A stretch of DNA of 64,000 nt from Alkalispirochaeta sp. (GTDB lineage: Bacteria; Spirochaetota; Spirochaetia; DSM-27196; Alkalispirochaetaceae). Made by a program: the position numbers and the translations under genes. The DNA lies in contig CBDESZ010000034.1 in assembly GCA_965242725.1 (NCBI GenBank), positions 1-64,000 on the forward strand, given 5' to 3'. The notes below the pieces were generated by a model. The model was given only the letters and a program-made list of their open reading frames with translations. It was not told where the DNA came from and ran no database searches. Below, in pieces: positions 48,464 to 58,057 of the stretch; position 1 is the stretch's first letter; each line of letters begins with the position of its first letter.

Positions 48464-49642
48464 ATGGCAAACATCAAAACCTACAACAAGATCGCCCCCG
48501 AAGGGATCGCCATTCTCACCGACCGCGGTCACACAGTCGGCCCTGACGTGGATAATCCGGAGGGCATCCTCGTGCGAAGCGCCTCGCTTCAGGATGTACC
48601 GTTCTCCTCCCGTCTCGCCGCGATCGCAAGAGCCGGCGCCGGTGTGAACAACATCCCCGTCGAACGTTGTACACAATCGGGTATCGTGGTCTTCAACACC
48701 CCCGGATCCAACGCAAACAGCGTCAAGGAACTGGTCATTGCCGGTTTGATGATATCCAGTCGCAGAATTATCGAAGGGTGCACGTGGGTCGGCGGCCTCG
48801 ATCCCCGCTCCGTCGATATCGCGAAAGAGGTGGAACAGAACAAGAATTCCTTTGTCGGTCCCGAACTGGCAGGAAAAAAACTTGGTGTTGTAGGTTTGGG
48901 AAAGATAGGCGTCATGGTTGCCAACGCCGGGGAGGCGCTGGAAATGTCCGTCATGGGTTACGATCCCTACCTCTCCGTTGAAAATGCGTGGGGCCTCTCC
49001 CGTTCGGTGTCCCGTGCGGAAAGCCTGGAACACCTCCTCAATGAAGTTGACTACCTGACGCTCCACGCACCGCTGAACGACGGCACGCGGCACATGATCA
49101 ATAAGAACACTCTCAAACGGGCAAAAACGGGTATCCGTATCCTCAACTTCGCCCGGGGCGCCCTGGTTGATACCGCGGCGGTCGTTGAGGCGCTGCACGG
49201 AGGAAGAGTGAGCCGATATGTGACCGATTTTCCCGAGCCTGAGATCATCGGTGTACCCGGCGTCATCGCCATACCCCATCTCGGTGCGTCCACACCCGAG
49301 GCGGAAACAAACTCGGCAGTGATGGCGGCTCGACAGCTCGCGAATTACCTCGAGATGGGAGATATCCGCAACTCCGTCAATTATCCCACCTGCGAAATGA
49401 ACCTGGAAACGGAATCGCGTCTCCTCGTGTCAAACAGAAACGTTCCCAACATGGTGGGGCAGATTACCACCGTACTCGCAAGCGCCGGCATCAACATCGC
49501 CGATATGCTCAACCGTCATCGGGGCGACGTGGCATACAACATCATCGATACGGATACCCCCGTTCCCGACGGCGTGATCGACCAACTTCGGGAGATAGAC
49601 GGCATTATCCGTATCAGAACCGTCGAGAGGAAGCGCTCATGA
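48464..49642 (+). CDS. serA: D-3-phosphoglycerate dehydrogenase with ACT domain
   Basis: [20 protein letters not shown] and PHLGAST motifs; C-terminal [11 protein letters not shown] domain. Confidence 0.9.
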   Translation: MANIKTYNKIAPEGIAILTDRGHTVGPDVDNPEGILVRSASLQDVPFSSRLAAIARAGAGVNNIPVERCTQSGIVVFNTPGSNANSVKELVIAGLMISSRRIIEGCTWVGGLDPRSVDIAKEVEQNKNSFVGPELAGKKLGVVGLGKIGVMVANAGEALEMSVMGYDPYLSVENAWGLSRSVSRAESLEHLLNEVDYLTLHAPLNDGTRHMINKNTLKRAKTGIRILNFARGALVDTAAVVEALHGGRVSRYVTDFPEPEIIGVPGVIAIPHLGASTPEAETNSAVMAARQLANYLEMGDIRNSVNYPTCEMNLETESRLLVSNRNVPNMVGQITTVLASAGINIADMLNRHRGDVAYNIIDTDTPVPDGVIDQLREIDGIIRIRTVERKRS

Positions 49643-50700
49643 AATTTTCCATCAGGACGGGACTGCGTATCTTCCTTGCCGCGGTTCTCATCACGGGAGT
49701 GACCTTCATCGCCGTCGGACAGGAATCCTCCGTCACCCCCGACACGCCGGGTTTGTACGCGGAAATAACGACCTCCCGCACCATTTCGGGGGAGAATACG
49801 ATACTCCTGCGTCTCTTCTACAAGCGCGCTCCGATGACGGTGATCAATTTCGTCGGTCTTGCAGAGGGGACGATCCAACACAACCGGAGGCCGGGCACCC
49901 CCTTCTACGACGGCCTCACCTTTCACCGCGTCATCGACGACTTCATGATCCAGGGCGGAGATCCCGAGGGGACCGGTCGCGGCGGACCGGGATACCGCTT
50001 TCCCGATGAAATTCATCCTGAACTGCGCCATGACCGCCCGGGTATACTGTCTATGGCAAATGCCGGGCCCGATACCAACGGCAGCCAGTTTTTTATCACC
50101 CACGGTCCCACTCCGTGGCTTGACGGGAAACACGCCGTATTCGGCGAGGTTGTTTCCGGACAGGCGGTAGTGAACGCAATTCGACAGGGGGATCGCATCG
50201 AAAGGGTGCGCATTCTTCGCGTCGGTGAGGATGCCCGGGCATTTCAGACTGATCAGGACGCCTTTGAAAGGGCCCGGGTCGCCGCCACCGAGGAGGCGGC
50301 TCGCAGGGACGCGGCACGTCGCGAGGCGGCTGTTGGGCAGATTCGCCGCCAGTTCCCCGACGCCGAACGTGGCGAAACCGGTATCTGGACCCGCATCGAC
50401 AGATCGGGGCGCGGAAGGCGTCCGCGTCCCGGATCCACCGTTACCGTGCACTACACAGGAAAGCTCCTCTCAGGACAGGTGTTCGATTCAAGTCGGCAGC
50501 GGGGACCCTTCTCGTTCCCCCTTGGGGCGGGACGGGTCATACGGGGATGGGATCTCGTTGTTGCGGACATGCGTGAGGGAGAACGGCGGACCGTCATACT
50601 CCCCCCGGAACTTGCCTACGGTGACCGCGGCGCCGGCGGCGTTATTCCCCCGGGAGCGCATCTGATCTTCGAAATCGAGCTGCTGGACGCCGGCGAGTAG
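49639..50700 (+). CDS. Exported cyclophilin-FKBP dual peptidyl-prolyl isomerase
   Basis: [13 protein letters not shown] and [13 protein letters not shown] (cyclophilin); VHYTG..FDSS..VIRGWD..LAYG (FKBP). Confidence 0.93.
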   Translation: MKFSIRTGLRIFLAAVLITGVTFIAVGQESSVTPDTPGLYAEITTSRTISGENTILLRLFYKRAPMTVINFVGLAEGTIQHNRRPGTPFYDGLTFHRVIDDFMIQGGDPEGTGRGGPGYRFPDEIHPELRHDRPGILSMANAGPDTNGSQFFITHGPTPWLDGKHAVFGEVVSGQAVVNAIRQGDRIERVRILRVGEDARAFQTDQDAFERARVAATEEAARRDAARREAAVGQIRRQFPDAERGETGIWTRIDRSGRGRRPRPGSTVTVHYTGKLLSGQVFDSSRQRGPFSFPLGAGRVIRGWDLVVADMREGERRTVILPPELAYGDRGAGGVIPPGAHLIFEIELLDAGE

Positions 50701-50806
50701 GACCGGGCGGCGCTGCATCGCTTACGCGGCGCCGGCCGGGCGACGCCGGCGAGGCAGCTCCAGTTTACCCCGCTTCAGTTTACCCACGCCGGTTACGCCG
50801 CGCCGG

Positions 50807-51982
50807 TCAGGAGAGCTCGTCCCATGCGGAGCGCAGGTCCTCCAGATAGCGGGAAATCTCCTTGCTCCTGTTGCGCAGCTCTCCGACGGCTTCATCGTTA
50901 CCGGCGGTCTGACTGCTCCTCGTCCGAGCCACATCGATCTTGAGCTGATTGAGCGCCTGCAACGCACCGGCGACGCGGAGACGAAGTATCTCCTGTTCCG
51001 AAGAGAGCTCGTCATGTGATTTCAACTGATGATCGATCTGTTCCATTCGACGCCGATACTCCTCTTTGAGTCGGTCGTCGGTAGCGGAGTTCAGTTGGCG
51101 TTGAAGGTGTAATTGATCCCTTCGTAGTTCCTCCAGAGGAATGGAACGAAGCAGCTCGCCGACCTCTTCATATGTCGTGTTCAGCGATTCAATCTGGGCG
51201 ATGTATTGATCCAGTACCGATGTAATGTCGCTCCCGAGGGCGCCGGCGACTTCGGGATACTTCTTCACGTCACCGAGAATCGCAGCCTTGAAGGAGCGCG
51301 CTTCCCGGACGGGGTCGGCACCGGTTGCGACCTTTTCCAGACCGTTCCGCTTCCAGCCGACGGGACCATCCAGATGAAAGCCTGACTCGGCGAGGCGGGT
51401 CGTGAGCTCCCGTTCCTGACTGCGATACCGGCCGAAATGGTGAAAGATGCCGACGGCGATGAACCCGGAAGGGATAAACGCCCAGGGAAAACCTCCGCCG
51501 GTCACGACGTTGGTCATCACCAGGAGGGCAATGACCATTCCGTTGCTGCTCAGATGGCCCCACCACCGGCGGCGTACCTTCCACAACTCCCGATGTATAC
51601 GCAACTGCTGCCGTGTCGGTTTGCGTGCCGCCGTCACTTCCCGGTATTCCGCCTCCCTGACGCGTACGGTTGCGCGGTGGGACACATATCCGATGCCCCA
51701 TCCGAAGAGGGGAAAGAGAAACCACGGAAACCCGGCGCCTGTAATCGCCCAGATACCGGTGATAACCGCATTAACCCCGAGAAATGCCGAGGTATGACCC
51801 GCCAGTCCGGACCGTTCCGAGGCGATCCGCCGGGAAAAGGCTTCCCGATAGCTGACGGCAAGCTCTTCATCGGTCAGCTCCCGCCGCTGGAGGAGCTTTT
51901 TCAGACCACCGCCGAGGGAGGTGAGCAGATCCTGTGCGCCGTCCCGGAGCTCATGCTCCATCCGGGATTTCCAGTCGTCCAT
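50807..51982 (-). CDS. Tandem 2TM-domain membrane protein with helical/coiled-coil C-terminus
   Basis: Two 'H...N.....W.....FPW..FP..GWG.G...H'-type repeats; heptad-rich C-terminal region. Confidence 0.72.
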   Translation of the reverse strand: MDDWKSRMEHELRDGAQDLLTSLGGGLKKLLQRRELTDEELAVSYREAFSRRIASERSGLAGHTSAFLGVNAVITGIWAITGAGFPWFLFPLFGWGIGYVSHRATVRVREAEYREVTAARKPTRQQLRIHRELWKVRRRWWGHLSSNGMVIALLVMTNVVTGGGFPWAFIPSGFIAVGIFHHFGRYRSQERELTTRLAESGFHLDGPVGWKRNGLEKVATGADPVREARSFKAAILGDVKKYPEVAGALGSDITSVLDQYIAQIESLNTTYEEVGELLRSIPLEELRRDQLHLQRQLNSATDDRLKEEYRRRMEQIDHQLKSHDELSSEQEILRLRVAGALQALNQLKIDVARTRSSQTAGNDEAVGELRNRSKEISRYLEDLRSAWDELS

Positions 51983-52089
51983 ACCGCCACTGTAGGTATC
52001 GTCATCTTCTTGGTCAAGTTGACGCGACAGGGACACGTCCGCGCCCCCGTGTAGCGTAATGTTTCGCCGGCGGCTACACTCATCGGTAC

Positions 52090-53544
52090 ATGGCAAAGAA
52101 ACGACGTGTTTTTCAGTGTATCGCCTGCGGACATCAGGAACCGAAATGGCTCGGACAATGCCCCGCATGTGAAGAGTGGAATACCCTTGTGGAACGGGAA
52201 ATCAGGGAAACTCCGCCGTCGGGACGGTCCTCACGAGGGGGCGGTTCCGCCGCAGGTGACGGTCTCCGCAGCGGACAATCCGGCGGCGGCCCCGGCGCCC
52301 CGACGGCCGACAACGACGGAAGGGGAAACGCATTTCTCCACAGCGTTCGCCTCTCGGAGGTTGTCGCCGACCACAGTTCCCGCATATCCACCGGAATCGG
52401 CGAGCTCGACCGCGCCCTCGGGGGAGGGCTTGTCGTCGGCTCCACCGTGCTTGTCGGCGGCGAACCGGGCATCGGAAAGTCGACCCTCATGCTTCAAATG
52501 GCCGGAGAGGTGAGCCGCACCGGAACGGTGCTTTACATAAGCGGCGAGGAAAACATCGCGCAAATACGGCGTCGCGCCGAGCGGCTCAACGTCTCGGACA
52601 CGCAGATATCCCTTCTCTGCACGACGTCCATGGATGAAATTCTCGATGAACTGGATGGCCTGCAGCCACGCCTCGTCGTCATCGACAGCGTCCAGACGAT
52701 GATTTCCCCCGACGCCGGCACCGTGCCCGGTACGGTCAACCAGATCAAGTACATAACCCATCAGATCGCCGAGTGGGCGCACCGCTCGGGCGGGACGGTG
52801 ATCATGGTCGCTCACGTGACCAAGGAGGGACAGATCGCCGGTCCCAAGGTGGTGGAGCATCTGGTGGACGCGGTCCTCCTCTTTGAGCATTCCGACGGGG
52901 AACTCCGTTTCCTCAGGGCAACGAAGAACCGCTTCGGCGCCATAGAGGAGTTGGGGATTTTCACGATGGAGTCCAACGGTTTAATTGAACTTCGTGAACC
53001 GGGGCGTCTTTTCCTGGGTACCGCGGAGGGAGAACGGCCCGCGGGGGTTGTGGCGGCGCCGTGCTATGAGGGGTCCCGTGTCCTCCTGGTGGAAATCCAG
53101 GCGCTCACCGTTGCGGCGAAGGGCGCGGTGTCCCGCTCGTTTTCCGAACGGATCGACACGCGCCGGGTGGGTCGTGTCGCGGCGGTCCTTGAAAAACACG
53201 CCGGCGTCCGATTTTCCGACCAGGACGTCTACGTCAACGTTGCCGGGGGGATGCGCATTCAGGACGTCGCCATCGACCTGCCCCTTGCCCTGGCGCTCTA
53301 CTCCGCCCGCACGGGACTGGCCGTACCGGCAGGCATGCTGGCGACGGGGGAGCTGACCCTTGCCGGTGAAGTCCGTCCGGTAACCCACCGGGGTCAGCGC
53401 GAAAAAGCGGCCCTGGACATGGGTTTTACTCGTCTCGTCGGGCCGGAAGGCGCAGCGGGACCGTCAGGTTCGATATGGAGATCCGTGTCGACGATTTCAA
53501 ATGCGATCAAGTCGGTCTTCGGCGCTCCGAAAGGGGTGTCGTGA
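52090..53544 (+). CDS. radA: DNA repair protein RadA/Sms
   Basis: C4 zinc finger, GEPGIGKST, KNRFG motif and Lon-like C-terminal domain. Confidence 0.96.
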   Translation: MAKKRRVFQCIACGHQEPKWLGQCPACEEWNTLVEREIRETPPSGRSSRGGGSAAGDGLRSGQSGGGPGAPTADNDGRGNAFLHSVRLSEVVADHSSRISTGIGELDRALGGGLVVGSTVLVGGEPGIGKSTLMLQMAGEVSRTGTVLYISGEENIAQIRRRAERLNVSDTQISLLCTTSMDEILDELDGLQPRLVVIDSVQTMISPDAGTVPGTVNQIKYITHQIAEWAHRSGGTVIMVAHVTKEGQIAGPKVVEHLVDAVLLFEHSDGELRFLRATKNRFGAIEELGIFTMESNGLIELREPGRLFLGTAEGERPAGVVAAPCYEGSRVLLVEIQALTVAAKGAVSRSFSERIDTRRVGRVAAVLEKHAGVRFSDQDVYVNVAGGMRIQDVAIDLPLALALYSARTGLAVPAGMLATGELTLAGEVRPVTHRGQREKAALDMGFTRLVGPEGAAGPSGSIWRSVSTISNAIKSVFGAPKGVS

Positions 53545-53700
53545 CGGTCGTATACACAATATTGGTGCACCGTCCCGTCTTCATCACGTCATCAAAAGGA
53601 CTCGGATAGTCGCGCCCGAATTACGACGATATTTGGTTATCCCTCCTACGCTTCGGTCCATTTTGCAACACGATGGTGTATACAGCCCCCGTACACCGGA
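53526..53700 (-). ncRNA. Candidate 6S-like structured RNA (strand uncertain)
   Basis: Long irregular closing stem, asymmetric central bubble and apical stem; ends GGTGTACG ... CACGACACC on the - strand. Confidence 0.4.
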
Positions 53701-53705
53701 TGATC

Positions 53706-54932
53706 TCAACCGGGAAAGAGCAGGGGCAGGGCAATAAAGGTACCGACCGCGCTTCCTACCGTTGAAAAGAAGAAGACCAGAAGGATCCGGGTGAGACGAT
53801 TGCGGTAAAAGCCGCGAATGCTGGTGATATCGCTGTTCAGGTTTTCGAAATCCCTTACCCGCGGTTTACGCAGAAACGCCTCAAGGAGGCCCGTCACAAA
53901 TCCCACGCCGACGGTGGGGTTCATGGAGGTGATCGGTGCGGCCGCGAAGGAGGCTATGATCGTGACCGGGTGGGCGAGGGCCGCGATCGCGCCGACGGCG
54001 GAAAGGGTGCCGTTGACGAGAATCCACCGGATCAGGGACTGCACTCCCCCTTCCACTCCCCCGCGAAAGAAGCCCCAGATAATGAGGGCCGCCACGACCG
54101 CAGGGACGACGTAGGGAATAGCCTTCTTGACCGGCCCGGGCGGGGGGATTACCTCGAGAGTCTCCTTATCGACATCGATCGTCCCCCGGGCAAAGGCCGT
54201 CAATTGTCGAACGATTCCCGGCACGTGGCCCGCCCCTACGACGGCGAGGACGCGTTTTCCCTCGGCGTCCCAGATGCTCCGCGCGAGGTACTGATCCCGT
54301 TCGTCAATGAGCACTTCCTTCACCGACGGAAGGTAGTCTGCAAGATCCTGGAGCATCGTCTCCAGTTCGTTCTGTTCCTTCAGTTTTGCAAGATCGTCTT
54401 CCGTGATTTTCTCCCGGGAAAAGGCGGCGGCGATCATGCTGGCGAGGAGCTTGTTTTTTCCCCAGAAGCCGGTTTTTGCCCATGCCCGCCGCAGCGTCGC
54501 CTGGACGGGACGGTCGCCGAAGGTGTACGCCACGCCCCGTTTCTGCGACGCCTTTACCGCGGCAATCATCTCTTCGCCGGGGGTCACCCCGGTACTCTCC
54601 CCCATTCGTCGCTGAAAGGAACTGAGCACAAGGTTGCTCAGGAGGAGAAAGGCCTGCCGCCGGCGAATGATCTGAAAGATGTCGAGCTGGGACCAGTCCT
54701 TTTTCTGGGTCACCGAACGGTACCGGCCGGCGTCAATTTCAATGACCACGTGGTCCACCTCGGCACCGTCTATCGTCGCCTCTACGGCGTGAACGCTGTC
54801 GCGGGATACGTGGGCCGTCCCGAGGAGGTAAAACTCCCGCTCCCCCAGGGTGATCACCTGCACACCGTGGCGGGCGGGATCGTACGCCGCCGTCTGTTCG
54901 TCGTCCTTGAGCTGCTCGTCGGTATTATTCAT
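53706..54932 (-). CDS. TraB/PrgY (pheromone shutdown) family membrane protein
   Basis: GTAHVS, IEID..R, PGEEM, DR...T..RAW, LIDERD and AVVGAGH motifs; C-terminal TM segments. Confidence 0.88.
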   Translation of the reverse strand: MNNTDEQLKDDEQTAAYDPARHGVQVITLGEREFYLLGTAHVSRDSVHAVEATIDGAEVDHVVIEIDAGRYRSVTQKKDWSQLDIFQIIRRRQAFLLLSNLVLSSFQRRMGESTGVTPGEEMIAAVKASQKRGVAYTFGDRPVQATLRRAWAKTGFWGKNKLLASMIAAAFSREKITEDDLAKLKEQNELETMLQDLADYLPSVKEVLIDERDQYLARSIWDAEGKRVLAVVGAGHVPGIVRQLTAFARGTIDVDKETLEVIPPPGPVKKAIPYVVPAVVAALIIWGFFRGGVEGGVQSLIRWILVNGTLSAVGAIAALAHPVTIIASFAAAPITSMNPTVGVGFVTGLLEAFLRKPRVRDFENLNSDITSIRGFYRNRLTRILLVFFFSTVGSAVGTFIALPLLFPG

Positions 54933-55899
54933 CTGTCGTTTCCTTGTCGTAGTCGAGTGCGCCGATAAAGCGCTTGCGGAGTCCCTCATCCCCGGGGTAA
55001 AGGTCCCGAGGTATTGAACCACCGCCCATGTGAATATGACCGCCCCCCGATCCGATTCCCTCGAGGGCGCGATAGAGGACCACATCACAGGGATAGTCGT
55101 TGTCCTCGCTGCGGACGGAAAGACGGTACTCGTCGCGATCGCCGCTTACGACGACGACGAAATGGACTTCCCTGAGGTTGAGAAAAAAGTCCGCAATGAG
55201 CGCCATCACCTCCGCCGTGTATTCGCCCTGAAGAACGATGAAGCTGAAAAACCTGGCAATCACACAGACGTCGATGGCCTGACGGAATGCGGCCAGATCG
55301 CTGAGAGAGAGGGAGTTCTTTAGGAGGCGTGCCGCGAGTTCCCAATTGCCGTGACGGAAGAGGATGTTGAAGGCGTCCAGATCCACCTCCGCCACGCCGC
55401 GGGTCATGAAGGCGGTATCCATCATGAGGCCCATCAGGAGCGCCGTTGAAACCGCCGGTTCCATCGGTTCACCGGCGTCTCGATAGTACTCATAGAGAAT
55501 TGTGGAGCAGGCACCGTAACTCTCCCTGATATCCGCGTATGGACACGTTGCCTCCCAGGGCGGCGGATGGTGGTCTATGACACCGACGATCTCGCCGGAA
55601 GACCCGGACATATTGGTATTACCGGCAAAGCCGTCCACCACAATTACCTGTGTCTCCTCCGTGAGACCAAGCTCCCGTATCGGCTGGATGTCTATTTCCA
55701 GCGCCTTGATGGCGTCCCGAAGAGAATCGCTTTGGATAAGCCCCCCGTACCCGAGTCCGACTTTGAAGTCGCTCCGTCTGAGGAGACGGGAGAGGGCAAA
55801 GGCGGTACCGACGGCGTCGTGGTCGGGGAAGTCATGGGCCTGGACCACGACGGGACGTCTGGCGTCCAGGTGCTCAATCAATCCTTTTATACCATTCAT
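54925..55899 (-). CDS. DHH/DHHA1 phosphoesterase (NrnA-like)
   Basis: HDFPDHDA, VVD, IDHH, GLMMDT, SVRS and GGGH motifs. Confidence 0.88.
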   Translation of the reverse strand: MNGIKGLIEHLDARRPVVVQAHDFPDHDAVGTAFALSRLLRRSDFKVGLGYGGLIQSDSLRDAIKALEIDIQPIRELGLTEETQVIVVDGFAGNTNMSGSSGEIVGVIDHHPPPWEATCPYADIRESYGACSTILYEYYRDAGEPMEPAVSTALLMGLMMDTAFMTRGVAEVDLDAFNILFRHGNWELAARLLKNSLSLSDLAAFRQAIDVCVIARFFSFIVLQGEYTAEVMALIADFFLNLREVHFVVVVSGDRDEYRLSVRSEDNDYPCDVVLYRALEGIGSGGGHIHMGGGSIPRDLYPGDEGLRKRFIGALDYDKETTDE

Positions 55900-55912
55900 T
55901 CCGTTCTCCCTG

Positions 55913-57358
55913 TCAGGGTGCATCGGTAAGGGTGGCGTACCGCCGTCGGGCCGGCAGTTTTTCCGGGGCTCCCCGCAACTCATTGTCCGCCACTTCGCGG
56001 TACAGTGCGCGGGCACTGTGGATTCGGCGGTCCGCCTCGTATTGGCCGGCGAGCAAAAACTTCATGAAAAGCTGCAGACTCCTGTCCTGCTCGTTTTCAA
56101 CGGCCCGGAGTATTCTTCCGTCGTCACCCGCCCGGCCCGACGCCGACCGAGTGAAATAGCGCGCCATTTCATAGTATAGAGAATCCTGTGGCAGGTCACG
56201 CGCGTTTTCCTCAAGGACCTCCGCCGCCCGCCCGTCGTCGCCATTGAGTTTCCAGCTGAGTGCGGTCAACAGGATCAGTCGCGGATCGACGGGGTCCGCC
56301 GGAGCGGCGCTGCGTCGGGCGCGGGTGAAGCTTCGCGCCGCCGTGGCAAAATCTCCTGAGGCAAGGGCAAGCATCCCGTAGGGTTCCAGCGCAGGATGGA
56401 AGTCGGGACGCAGGGCAAGGGCCGACTCGTAGTCCTCGATGGCGGCGGGTACGTTTTCAATTGCCATATAGCCCCGGGCGCGGTGAACATAGGCCATGAA
56501 AATATCCGGCCGCACTTCAATGAACGAGGAAAAATCATCCACCGCTCCGGTGAAATCATTTCGTTCCAATCTGACCAGTCCGCGATCATATCGATGCCAG
56601 GGGTAGTCCGACTCGAGCTCTATGGCCGTGTCGAGGTCTTCTTCCGCCGCCGCGAGTTCATACTGCATAGCCCGAGCGCGGCTGCGGTCGGCATAGGCAA
56701 AGCTGAACTCCGGTGCGATTTCGATCGCACGGGAAAGCGCCTCTTCCGCCTGTTCAGGTTCCTCGGTTCTCAGTTTCACGTTGCCTAGACCGATGAGCGC
56801 CACGAAATGGTCGGGATTCGATTCCAGGGCGGTCGTAAATGCATCTTCCGCTGCGTTATACGCTCTCGCTTGTAGATGCATTTCACCCAACGCGGCGCGA
56901 GCGTCGCTGTGTGACGGATCAACCTCGACCACCTGCTCCAGCAGCATCCGCTCCTCCCGTTCCTCACCCCGGGCACCTGCAATGAGGGAGAGACCGAAAA
57001 GGGCGTCGCCGTTTTCCGGGTCCATCGCGAGGGCGTCGGAAAACGCGTCCTCCGCCGACGCCATGTCACCGGCTGCGAGGTAAAGATTTCCAAGGAGAAC
57101 CTGTGTTTCCGGAGAGTCCGGCGCTTCCCGCTCAGCCTCTTCATACGCGGCGATTGCTTCTTCCGGCCGGCCGAGGGAAACTGCGGCGCCGATCCGCTCG
57201 TAAAGCTCTTCCGCAGGATCGAGAACCGGTCGCTGTTGGGTTGGATCTTCCCGTTCAGGAGATTGTCCTCCGGCGCCGTCATCGGTGACGGAATCGGGCA
57301 ATGAGGCACAGCCGTACAATCCAGCGGTTATGACGGCTACGATGACAAGCGATCGCAT
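55913..57358 (-). CDS. TPR-repeat lipoprotein
   Basis: LYG-C lipobox; many consecutive TPR-like repeats. Confidence 0.85.
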   Translation of the reverse strand: MRSLVIVAVITAGLYGCASLPDSVTDDGAGGQSPEREDPTQQRPVLDPAEELYERIGAAVSLGRPEEAIAAYEEAEREAPDSPETQVLLGNLYLAAGDMASAEDAFSDALAMDPENGDALFGLSLIAGARGEEREERMLLEQVVEVDPSHSDARAALGEMHLQARAYNAAEDAFTTALESNPDHFVALIGLGNVKLRTEEPEQAEEALSRAIEIAPEFSFAYADRSRARAMQYELAAAEEDLDTAIELESDYPWHRYDRGLVRLERNDFTGAVDDFSSFIEVRPDIFMAYVHRARGYMAIENVPAAIEDYESALALRPDFHPALEPYGMLALASGDFATAARSFTRARRSAAPADPVDPRLILLTALSWKLNGDDGRAAEVLEENARDLPQDSLYYEMARYFTRSASGRAGDDGRILRAVENEQDRSLQLFMKFLLAGQYEADRRIHSARALYREVADNELRGAPEKLPARRRYATLTDAP

Positions 57359-57409
57359 AGCGCGGAAGTATAGCAGATCATTTATTTCAGGGGAAAGGAC
57401 GGGGGGCAC

Positions 57410-57442
57410 AAAAAAAAGAGGCCGGAATCAACGTCCGACCTC
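57410..57442 (-). terminator. Rho-independent terminator of dps
   Basis: GAGGTCGGA-loop-TCCGGCCTC followed by T8 on -. Confidence 0.8.
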
Positions 57443-57456
57443 CTGGGGAAAGGGGA

Positions 57457-57927
57457 TTATCCCGCGAAGGCACTCCACATCCATCGTGCTTTTTCATATT
57501 TCTGCAGCATCTGTACACCGAAATCGGCGGTTGCTTCGTCGTTGTGTTCACCGGCGGTTTCGATCAGCTGTCGTACGGCTTTGACCTGATAGTCCAAATC
57601 CGCAAGAACGAGTTTGACCGTCTCGTCGGTGGTGTACTTGCGGCTCGAAAGCTCGTCTAGCGATGACATTTCAAGGTATTCCTTGAATGTCGTGACCGGT
57701 CGTCGCCCGAGCATCAGTATCCGTTCCGCAACTTCATCGATATCTTCCGCCACGCCATCGTACATCTTTTCAAGTTCCTCATGGAGTGTGAAAAAGTTTT
57801 TCCCTTCCAGGTTCCAGTGCAGGGCGTGAAGATGGCCATAAATGACGTGGTAGTCCGCGAGCATGACGTTCAGCTTGTCCGTTACTGCGTCTACCGCACC
57901 TTTTTCCAAATCAGTCTGTGTCATCAT
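57457..57927 (-). CDS. dps: DNA starvation/stationary phase protection protein Dps
   Basis: HWNLEG..FFTLH..LE.MY...DEVAERI ferroxidase signature; AAGGAG RBS. Confidence 0.95.
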   Translation of the reverse strand: MMTQTDLEKGAVDAVTDKLNVMLADYHVIYGHLHALHWNLEGKNFFTLHEELEKMYDGVAEDIDEVAERILMLGRRPVTTFKEYLEMSSLDELSSRKYTTDETVKLVLADLDYQVKAVRQLIETAGEHNDEATADFGVQMLQKYEKARWMWSAFAG

Positions 57928-57958
57928 TGTGAATGCTCCTTGTCGTTCTTATAGCTAT

Positions 57959-58050
57959 ATTGTAATAAAATTCCCCGTCCGGGACAACTTATTAAGAATA
58001 ATTCTTAATAATATCGGGCCATTGGCGAGGGTCGTCGGGGTGGATATACT
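57959..58050. promoter_or_regulatory. Divergent dps/MATE promoters with a Fur/PerR-like palindrome
   Basis: dps: TTGTCC-17-TACAAT (-). MATE: TTGGCG-17-TATACT (+). Perfect TTATTAAGAAT-A-ATTCTTAATAA at 57989-58011. Confidence 0.78.
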
Positions 58051-58057
58051 CCTCCCA

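Noticed and set aside
48395..49279. 295-aa N-terminal extension of the avtA ORF
   Set aside because: Antisense to serA; AvtA homology begins at M 48394, which has its own -10 box.
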